A DNA stretch of 48,258 nt from an uncultured Lactobacillales bacterium (lineage in GTDB: Bacteria; Pseudomonadota; Alphaproteobacteria; CAAHEQ01; UBA3637): assembly GCA_964643615.1 (NCBI GenBank), contig CAZXTR010000004.1:1-48258 (forward strand), in the 5' to 3' direction. Below, one piece after another: positions 1 through 7,464 of this stretch. The first letter of the stretch is position 1. The number at the start of each line of letters is the position of its first letter. A program made the position numbers and the translations under genes. The notes below the pieces were generated by a model. The model did not search any database, was not told where the DNA came from, and worked only from the letters and a program-made list of their open reading frames with translations.

Positions 1-226
1 AAAATCTTCCTTGTCTTACCATAATTATTCTTGCGCAAATGCGTTATATGATATCTTATAGATTAGTTGAGAGGCTTTGATTGTTGGTTGATTTCATTTC
101 TCTTATTATTTGCAACTGATCGTTTTTGTAATAAATTTGAGGATTTTTCAAGGAGTGTATAAAGGTATGAAAATTATTCGATTATGTTGACTGGCAATTG
201 CGGCGGAAAAGAAAGGCCGTATCAAT

Positions 227-1912
227 TCATTCATCGAGTGTATTGTCAGGTGAAGAAAGTTCCTCTTCTAAATCAGAACGAATGCGGAAATTTTCAACTC
301 TAGCGCCTTTGAAAATATTTAATATCTGAATAATTAAAGGGGTATTACAAAGTGTTTGTTTGATTTTTTGTCGATTGTCTTCAGCTTCTTCTTTTAAAGT
401 TTTTCCGCCTTCGACACTTTCAGAGATAACTTCCCATTTTTTGCCTGTTTCTGTCAATAAAAAAGAACGAATATCTTGTAAAAGGTGGTTGGGCGCTCCT
501 TCTTTTAAATGTAAATGAAGTTCAGTTTCCGTAATTTGAACAGGTTGAATATAATTAGACATATTAAAGGCCAACAACATTTGTCCTGCTTTTTTCGCCA
601 TAACGACTAAATCTGAGATTGAGCGAATGACAGTAGATTGAGGAGAAGAGCGAAATGCAGGCAAAGAGTTTGCTTCTTTCTTGGTAGAAGGTTGTGTTTT
701 TTGAACTACATCAGTTTTTTTTTGAGCCGAAGAAAGGTCTGTTACTACATTTTTTTTTAAATCTGAAATAATTTCGGAGGGAGAAGGCAATTCGGAAGCA
801 TATGCTAAGCGAATCATTAACATCTCAAAGGATTTTAGAGGACTTTCGGCATACTTCATTTCTGAGTAACCTTTTAACAAAATCTGCCACGTTCGTGTCA
901 AAGTTCCCATCGACAAAGATTCCGCCATTTTTTTTCCTTGCGTTTTTTGCACGTCCGTTAAAGTAACATCTTTTATCATCTCTGGAACAATTTTAACGCG
1001 CGTCAACCAATGTGTAAGTTCTAATAAATCTTGGTTTAGAGTCAAAAGGTCAACTCCTGTATAATACTGATTTTGCACTAAAGACAATACGTCAACAATT
1101 TGACCTTTCATTAATTTTTCGTATAAATCAAACAAAGCAGTTTTTTCTGAAATCCCAATCATAGATCGAACTTGTTCAATGTTAACGTGTCCATTGCCAT
1201 GCACAATGGCTTGATCTAATAATGATAATCCATCCCGTACCGACCCATCTGCTACTTTTGCAATCAATTGTAAAGATTCGTTGTCGATGGAAATTTTTTC
1301 TTTTTCGGCAATAATTTTGAAATAATCAGCTAGTGTTTTTGCACTAATACGGCGTAAATCAAAACGTTGACAACGCGATAATATGGTAACTGGCACTTTG
1401 CGTATTTCTGTTGTTGCAAAGATAAATTTTAACCGTTCAGGCGGTTCTTCTAATGTTTTTAAAAGCGCATTAAATGCAGGCTTTGAAAGCATGTGAACTT
1501 CGTCAATAATATATATTTTATAGCGTGCAGAAACGGGGTTATATTTTGCACCTTCGATAATGATATCTCGAATATTGTCAATTCCAGTATTACTTGCGGC
1601 ATCAATTTCAACGACATCAACATGACAATCATTTGCGATATCTTGGCAATGTCGACACACACCACACGGATTGGGGGTCATACCCCCTTTACCATCGAGC
1701 CCAACGCAATTAAAAGCACGAGCAATGATTCGCGCAGATGAAGTTTTTCCAATACCACGAATCCCGGTTAAAATATAAGCTTGAGCTAAACGATTTTGCT
1801 TAATCGCATTAGTAATAGTTTGAACAAGAGATTCTTGTCCGATTAAATCGGAAAAGATGCGAGGTCTATATTTACGCGCTAGTACCCTGTATTTTTCTTG
1901 TTCTGTTTGCAT
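227..1912 (-). CDS. dnaX: DNA polymerase III subunit gamma/tau
   Basis: N-terminal LARKYRP, Walker A GIRGIGKTS, zinc motif CGVCRHC, IIDEVHML, SRC motif. Confidence 0.98.
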   Translation of the reverse strand: MQTEQEKYRVLARKYRPRIFSDLIGQESLVQTITNAIKQNRLAQAYILTGIRGIGKTSSARIIARAFNCVGLDGKGGMTPNPCGVCRHCQDIANDCHVDVVEIDAASNTGIDNIRDIIIEGAKYNPVSARYKIYIIDEVHMLSKPAFNALLKTLEEPPERLKFIFATTEIRKVPVTILSRCQRFDLRRISAKTLADYFKIIAEKEKISIDNESLQLIAKVADGSVRDGLSLLDQAIVHGNGHVNIEQVRSMIGISEKTALFDLYEKLMKGQIVDVLSLVQNQYYTGVDLLTLNQDLLELTHWLTRVKIVPEMIKDVTLTDVQKTQGKKMAESLSMGTLTRTWQILLKGYSEMKYAESPLKSFEMLMIRLAYASELPSPSEIISDLKKNVVTDLSSAQKKTDVVQKTQPSTKKEANSLPAFRSSPQSTVIRSISDLVVMAKKAGQMLLAFNMSNYIQPVQITETELHLHLKEGAPNHLLQDIRSFLLTETGKKWEVISESVEGGKTLKEEAEDNRQKIKQTLCNTPLIIQILNIFKGARVENFRIRSDLEEELSSPDNTLDE

Positions 1913-1932
1913 GGAAATCCTTTAAAAAATGG

Positions 1933-2027
1933 TGGAAGGATAAGACACAACCCAACAAAAACAAATGGGCTGCTTTCTTCCGAATCTGACCCGATGTTTG
2001 CCTTGGTTGTCCGTGGCCACCCTTCCA
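1933..2027 (-). ncRNA. ffs: SRP RNA (4.5S)
   Basis: Minus strand reads GGTCAGATTCGGAAGAAAGCAGCC (helix 8 with GGAA tetraloop); the ends TGGAAGG/CCTTCCA pair; lies directly upstream of dnaX as is common in alphaproteobacteria; ends approximate. Confidence 0.9.
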
Positions 2028-2176
2028 ACGTATAGTATGAATATTTTTTAAAAAAAAGCAAGAAAAAAATATTGCAAATAGAGAATTGTCTTTTTGTGAA
2101 AAAGTAGGTTGTTTCAAAAAATAGTTTCTCTTTTTGGGATAATTTGTATATGATAGACACGAAAAGAGAGGATTGA

Positions 2177-3106
2177 ATGAGTAAAGCGCTACTTTTCCCT
2201 GGACAGGGAGCTCAATTTGTTGGGATGGGACAAGATTTATATACGACATTTTCTTCAGCAAAAGAAGTTTTTAATCAAATTGATGATGCGCTGTCTTGCA
2301 ACTTGTCCAAGATTATTTTTGAAGGCCCCGCGGATACTTTGACACATACAGAAAATGCTCAACCTGCGTTAATGGCCGTTTCTATGGCAATGATTAAGGT
2401 TTTAGAAAACGAAAAAGGGTGGGATTTAAGTCAATGGTTTCAATTTGTTGCAGGGCATTCTTTGGGAGAATATACGGCGCTTTGCGCAACTGGAGCATTG
2501 TCTGTGACAGATGCTGCTAAATTGTTGCGCAAACGTGGATGTGCAATGGCAAAAGCATCACAAAACAAAGCGGGAATAATGGCTGCATTGGTTGGTTTGT
2601 CGATTTCGGATGTGCTTAAAATTACTCAGGAAACGGGATGTTTTATTTCCAACGATAATGCTATTGGGCAAATTGTAGTCAGCGGCGCAAAAGAAACTGT
2701 AGAAAAAGCTTGTACGTTAGCGATGAATCGAGGCGCAAAAAAAACGGTTGTTTTGCCTGTATCAGGTGCTTTTCATAGCCCGCTTATGCAAGAAGCCGCA
2801 GAAGAAATGAAAGATATTTTATTAAATACACCTATGCAATCACCAAGGATTCCAATTGTTTGCAATGTGAAGGCTTCACCACAAACAGATGTTGGACAAA
2901 TTAAAGAATTGCTTTTTGAACAAATGACGGGATGCGTTCGTTGGACTCAAACAATCCAATATATGTTTGATCAAGAAATAGATACGCTTGTTGAAGTTGG
3001 CGCAGGAAGGGTTTTAACTGGATTAGCAAAAAGAATTGAACCAACGATGCGAGCCTTTTCGATTAACAATGTTTCATCGTTGGAAGAAACGTTGGAAATG
3101 ATTTAA
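2177..3106 (+). CDS. fabD: Malonyl-CoA:ACP transacylase
   Basis: FPGQGAQ, GHSLGE, SGAFHS motifs; fab cluster. Confidence 0.98.
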   Translation: MSKALLFPGQGAQFVGMGQDLYTTFSSAKEVFNQIDDALSCNLSKIIFEGPADTLTHTENAQPALMAVSMAMIKVLENEKGWDLSQWFQFVAGHSLGEYTALCATGALSVTDAAKLLRKRGCAMAKASQNKAGIMAALVGLSISDVLKITQETGCFISNDNAIGQIVVSGAKETVEKACTLAMNRGAKKTVVLPVSGAFHSPLMQEAAEEMKDILLNTPMQSPRIPIVCNVKASPQTDVGQIKELLFEQMTGCVRWTQTIQYMFDQEIDTLVEVGAGRVLTGLAKRIEPTMRAFSINNVSSLEETLEMI

Positions 3107-3129
3107 TAACAAAAAAGAAAGGAAAAAAT

Positions 3130-3870
3130 ATGCTTGATTTTAATGGGAAGACGGCACTTGTAACAGGGGCAACTGGCGGAATAGGGCGTCAAATTGTCAA
3201 AAAACTATATGCACGGGGTGCCACCATCGCGATGACGGATATGAATAAAGAAACGTTAGAGGCTTTTAAATCGGAATTAGGATGTGCCCGTTTATATACA
3301 TATACAGCGAATTTGATGGATTCTGAATGTTTAAAAAACTTGGTTGCAATGGCAGAAAAAGATATGGGTAAAATTGATATTCTTGTGAATAACGCGGGTA
3401 TTACTAAAGATGGGCTTTCTATGCGTATGACGGATGAACAATGGCAATTGGTGTTGGATATTAACTTAACTGCTGGATTTAAATTGGCACGTTCTGTTAT
3501 TCCAGGAATGATGAAACGTCGTTATGGCCGAATCGTGAGTATGGCTTCGGTTGTTGGTGTTATGGGGAATGCTGGTCAAGCCAACTATTCTGCAAGCAAA
3601 GCGGGGTTGATTGCTATGTCAAAATGTATGGCACAAGAAATTGCAAGCCGCGGCATTACTTTGAATTGTGTTGCTCCTGGATTTATTAAAACGCCAATGA
3701 CAGACATATTGTCCGATGAAGCAAAAGCAAGATTGATAAGCACAATTCCAATGGCACGCCTTGGTTTTCCAGAAGATATTGCGAATGCAGTTTTGTTCTT
3801 GGCGTCGGATGAAGCGTCCTATATTACAGGGCAAACCATTCATGTTAATGGCGGGATGGCGATGATTTAA
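3130..3870 (+). CDS. fabG: 3-oxoacyl-ACP reductase
   Basis: TGATGGIG, NNAGITKD, NYSASK SDR motifs. Confidence 0.98.
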   Translation: MLDFNGKTALVTGATGGIGRQIVKKLYARGATIAMTDMNKETLEAFKSELGCARLYTYTANLMDSECLKNLVAMAEKDMGKIDILVNNAGITKDGLSMRMTDEQWQLVLDINLTAGFKLARSVIPGMMKRRYGRIVSMASVVGVMGNAGQANYSASKAGLIAMSKCMAQEIASRGITLNCVAPGFIKTPMTDILSDEAKARLISTIPMARLGFPEDIANAVLFLASDEASYITGQTIHVNGGMAMI

Positions 3871-3912
3871 CTAATTGATTTAAAATAAAAAGAACCTCTT
3901 TTGAACAAAAGT

Positions 3913-3942
3913 TTGACATAGGTTAAAAAAGTGTGCTATAAG
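3913..3942 (+). promoter_or_regulatory. Sigma70-type promoter for acpP
   Basis: TTGACA (3913-3918), 18-nt spacer, TGn-extended TATAAG (3937-3942). Confidence 0.6.
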
Positions 3943-4031
3943 AACCAAATTGAAGTTTTTAAAAAAGAACTTTGGTAGCGGTTAGAAGTAATTTTAACTG
4001 TATTTGTATTAACAATTTAAAGGAATTAAAA

Positions 4032-4265
4032 ATGAGTGATATTGCTGAGCGCGTAAAGAAAATTGTCGTTGAACATTTGGGGGTTGAAGAAAGTAAAGTG
4101 GTCGATAACGCGAGTTTCATTGATGATTTGGGCGCAGATAGCCTCGACACAGTCGAGCTTGTCATGGCTTTTGAAGAAGAATTTGGTTGCGCAATTCCTG
4201 ATAACGTGGCCGAAAAAATCCGCACAGTCAAGGATGCAATTGACTTTATTGAAAAAGCTGTTTAA
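4032..4265 (+). CDS. acpP: Acyl carrier protein
   Basis: [10 protein letters not shown]...[20 protein letters not shown]; start moved to ATG 4032 after AGGA. Confidence 0.98.
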   Translation: MSDIAERVKKIVVEHLGVEESKVVDNASFIDDLGADSLDTVELVMAFEEEFGCAIPDNVAEKIRTVKDAIDFIEKAV

Positions 4266-4284
4266 TTTTTAAGACATTATCCTT

Positions 4285-4330
4285 TAAGCGCTAAAAGATT
4301 TAGGTTGAATTTTAAAATCTTTAGCGCTTA
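4285..4330 (+). terminator. Long hairpin between acpP and fabF (partial terminator or processing/stabilising stem)
   Basis: TAAGCGCTAAAAGATTT ... AAATCTTTAGCGCTTA, 16 bp with one bulge. Confidence 0.5.
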
Positions 4331-4353
4331 TGGTTTTTAAAAGGGTTGAAGAT

Positions 4354-5601
4354 ATGAGACGAGTTGTTGTCACGGGAATGGGGTTGGTTACGCCATTGGG
4401 TCGTGGATTAGAGTCTAATTTAAAGGGCATTATGGCAGGAAAGTCGGTTGTCTCTCGAATTACGAGTTTTGATACAACTGATTTTTCTGTGAAAATAGGG
4501 GGTTTTGTTCCAAAAGGAAAAGAAAAAGGACAATTTAATATTGATTCGGTTGTGTCGCCAAAAGAACAACGGCACATGGACGAATTTATCGCCTATGGTA
4601 TAACGGCAGCAACGGATGCTGTCGAAGATTCAGGATGGATTGCCTCTACAGATGAAGACAAAGAAAGAACCGGCGTTTTAATTGGTTCTGGAATTGGAGG
4701 GCTAACTACAATTGCCCAAGCAGTGCCTTTATTAGAAGAGGGAGGTCCACGACGCGTATCTCCATTTTTTATTCCAGCATGTTTAATTAATTTAGCATCG
4801 GGGCATGTGTCTATTAAATATGGGTTTCAAGGGCCCAATCATTCTGTTGTGACGGCATGTGCGACGGGTACGCACGCGATTGGCGATGCAGCACGTATGA
4901 TTAAGTATGGCGATGCAGACGTTATGGTCGCAGGCGGTGCTGAATCGGCCATTTGTCCCTTAGGCGTAGCTGGTTTTTCTCAAGCAAGAGCATTGTCAAC
5001 GCATTATAATGACTCTCCCGACAAAGCAAGTCGCCCGTGGGATAAAGGTCGTGATGGCTTCGTTATGGGTGAAGGTTCTGGTGTTGTTGTTTTGGAAGAA
5101 TATGAACATGCAAAAAAACGTGGGGCAAGAATTTATGGCGAAGTTGTTGGCTATGGTATGAGCGGTGATGCTTATCATATCACCTCACCTGGGAATAATG
5201 GAGGTTTTCGGGCAATGTCAGCGGCCTTAAAAAGCGCTGGGTTGACCCCTCAAGATGTTGATTATATTAATGCGCACGGAACGTCGACTCCTGTTGGCGA
5301 TATGATAGAGTTAAATGCAGTTAAGGAATTGTTTAAAGATACAAAGGTTGCCATGTCTTCGACAAAGTCTATTATTGGACATTTATTGGGCGCTGCGGGG
5401 GCTGTAGAGGCAATTTATTCTTTGATGGCAATGAATTACAATATGTTGCCGCCGACTGCGAATTTAGAAAATCCAGAAGATGCTGCAGAATCTATAGATC
5501 TTGTGCCGTTGGTAGCAAAAGAAAAACAAGTCAATATTGCTTTGTCTAACTCTTTTGGCTTTGGTGGAACGAACGCAAGCTTGATTTTCAAAAAAATATA
5601 A
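4354..5601 (+). CDS. fabF: 3-oxoacyl-ACP synthase II
   Basis: RRVVVTGMG, TACATG (catalytic Cys), NAHGTST, GHLLGAAG, SNSFGFGG; start set at ATG 4354. Confidence 0.98.
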   Translation: MRRVVVTGMGLVTPLGRGLESNLKGIMAGKSVVSRITSFDTTDFSVKIGGFVPKGKEKGQFNIDSVVSPKEQRHMDEFIAYGITAATDAVEDSGWIASTDEDKERTGVLIGSGIGGLTTIAQAVPLLEEGGPRRVSPFFIPACLINLASGHVSIKYGFQGPNHSVVTACATGTHAIGDAARMIKYGDADVMVAGGAESAICPLGVAGFSQARALSTHYNDSPDKASRPWDKGRDGFVMGEGSGVVVLEEYEHAKKRGARIYGEVVGYGMSGDAYHITSPGNNGGFRAMSAALKSAGLTPQDVDYINAHGTSTPVGDMIELNAVKELFKDTKVAMSSTKSIIGHLLGAAGAVEAIYSLMAMNYNMLPPTANLENPEDAAESIDLVPLVAKEKQVNIALSNSFGFGGTNASLIFKKI

Positions 5602-5603
5602 AT

Positions 5604-5635
5604 ACCTATGTCTTTAAATAAGATATAGGGTTTTT
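5604..5635 (+). terminator. Intrinsic terminator after fabF
   Basis: CCTATGTCT/AGATATAGG stem followed by a T run. Confidence 0.65.
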
Positions 5636-5646
5636 ATCGAAAGTAC

Positions 5647-5675
5647 TTGACAAAAACATGTGAGGTGATTAAGAT
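5647..5675 (+). promoter_or_regulatory. Sigma70-type promoter for the HD-like orf and mltG
   Basis: TTGACA-17 nt-TAAGAT; AAGGAG RBS then ATG at 5701. Confidence 0.7.
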
Positions 5676-5700
5676 AAGTCCTTTTAAAGGAGAAAAGCTA

Positions 5701-6249
5701 ATGCCTCTGTCACACAATAAATCACTAATATTGCGTAATAAAGCAAAAAAGTGGGCTAAAACTGTTTATTTGCCATCAGTCTTTAAAGGTGTCGGTGAAA
5801 TTGTTGATTTTGTGGAAAAAGATATAGTTAAAGGAAAGATGCAAGATGAAGTAATTATGGCGACTTGGTTATCTCGTGGACTAGATGAAAAGAATATCCA
5901 GGCTCCTCATAATGCATTGACTATAGAGGGTATTAGTAAATCCTTTGGTTCGAAAGTTGCCGATCTTGTCCAAGAAGTTCAAATTCCTGAAAATTTGGTT
6001 GCTTTACGCCTACAACCGCTAGAAAGCCTATCAACAATATTACCTCGAGGGGTATATTGGTATGGACTTGCAGGTTGGATAAAGGGTTTGACGCATCCAG
6101 CACAGAGTATAGCCTTAGCGATTCTTGCTTTAGAGAGACCTGAACTAACAACGGGCGAAAAAATACCTTTTTGGCAATTAACGGGAACACATCGCCTTGC
6201 TTATCAAAAACATTTTGCTCCTTTGATACAAGAAAAGTGTCGAATTTAG
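5701..6249 (+). CDS. Hypothetical protein with a degenerate HD_4 (RelA/SpoT/Mesh1 hydrolase-like) fold
   Basis: TIEGISKSFGSKVADLVQEV matches the HD_4 pattern T.E.I...FG..VA.LV..V, but the LLHDxxED position reads WLSRGLDE. Confidence 0.55.
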   Translation: MPLSHNKSLILRNKAKKWAKTVYLPSVFKGVGEIVDFVEKDIVKGKMQDEVIMATWLSRGLDEKNIQAPHNALTIEGISKSFGSKVADLVQEVQIPENLVALRLQPLESLSTILPRGVYWYGLAGWIKGLTHPAQSIALAILALERPELTTGEKIPFWQLTGTHRLAYQKHFAPLIQEKCRI

Positions 6250-6299
6250 GACCAATGTATATAGGGATATCCTGTTCATAATTTTCTGCTTGCCATAAA

Positions 6300-7454
6300 A
6301 TGAATGGCATATTACAATACCACCCTTCAAAAGGGGGAACTGTGCGTCATAGTGTCGTTTTATACGTGTTCTTGTTTGTTTTTTTTGCTTCTTTGATAGG
6401 TGGAAGTGTTTTCAGTACGTATAAATTTTTTATGCAAGAAGGTCCTTTGGCTGTTCGTAAAGAAATTTTTATTCCAAAAGGGATCCCTTTACGAAAAATA
6501 GCAGATTTATTGAAAAAAGAAGGGATTATCGAAAGTCCTGCCGTTTTTACCTTTGGTGTTCGCGCGCATAATAAATCAGGAGAATTAAAAACGGGGGAAT
6601 ATTCTATTCCAGCACGGTCTAGTGCGAAAATGGTAATGGATATTTTAACCGGTGGTCAAACGTATATTCGACGTGTGACAATTCCCGAAGGACAGACATC
6701 GAAACAAATCATAGATATCTTGAATAAAACAGATGGATTAATCGGGACAATCACATCTGTGCCGAAAAATGGAACGTTGTTGCCGGAAACATATTATTAT
6801 TCTTATGGAGATTCAAGACAAAGCATTCTTGGGCGTATGCGTAGTGCAATGGAAAGGACTATTCAAGAATTGTGGGAATCCAGAATTGATGATTTGCCTT
6901 TTGAAACGCCAGGAGAAGCAATTGTTTTGGCATCTATTGTGGAAAAAGAAACTTCTATTTCTGCGGAAAGAAATCACATTGCTTCAGTCTTTATTAACAG
7001 AATTGAAACGGGGATGCGATTGCAATCCGATCCAACAGTGATTTATGCTGTGACTGAAGGACTATTGAATATGAAACGTTCTTTGACGACGAAAGATTTA
7101 AGAATGCGTCATCCTTTTAATACATACGTTATTAATGGGTTGCCTCCGGCTCCGATTGCCAATCCGGGGCGTGATTCCATTCAAGCCGTTTTAAATCCTT
7201 TTAAAAGTCAAGACATTTATTTCGTCGCGGATGGATCGGGAGGACATGTTTTTGCAAAAACATACGATAAGCATATTGAAAATGTAAAAAAATGGCGCAT
7301 AATTCGTGGCGATAAGAAAGCTCAAAAAGAGGCGCGTAAGCAAAAGAAAATTCAAAACATCTCTGAACCTCCACCTCCTCCTGTTTTTATTGAAAAAACT
7401 CAAAAAACCGAAGATAGTCTTTCAATACAGTTAATGAAAGAAAAAAGGTCATAA
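6300..7454 (+). CDS. mltG: Endolytic transglycosylase MltG
   Basis: N-terminal TM helix, LASIVEKET, LQSDPTVIY, PFNTY, GLPPAPIANPG; canonical position after fabF. Confidence 0.96.
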   Translation: MNGILQYHPSKGGTVRHSVVLYVFLFVFFASLIGGSVFSTYKFFMQEGPLAVRKEIFIPKGIPLRKIADLLKKEGIIESPAVFTFGVRAHNKSGELKTGEYSIPARSSAKMVMDILTGGQTYIRRVTIPEGQTSKQIIDILNKTDGLIGTITSVPKNGTLLPETYYYSYGDSRQSILGRMRSAMERTIQELWESRIDDLPFETPGEAIVLASIVEKETSISAERNHIASVFINRIETGMRLQSDPTVIYAVTEGLLNMKRSLTTKDLRMRHPFNTYVINGLPPAPIANPGRDSIQAVLNPFKSQDIYFVADGSGGHVFAKTYDKHIENVKKWRIIRGDKKAQKEARKQKKIQNISEPPPPPVFIEKTQKTEDSLSIQLMKEKRS

Positions 7455-7464
7455 TCCTTTTTAG

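Noticed and set aside
149-190. AAGGAG followed by a 7-codon ORF MKIIRLC on the + strand
   Set aside because: Too short, no supporting context, and converges on the dnaX 3' end; probably chance
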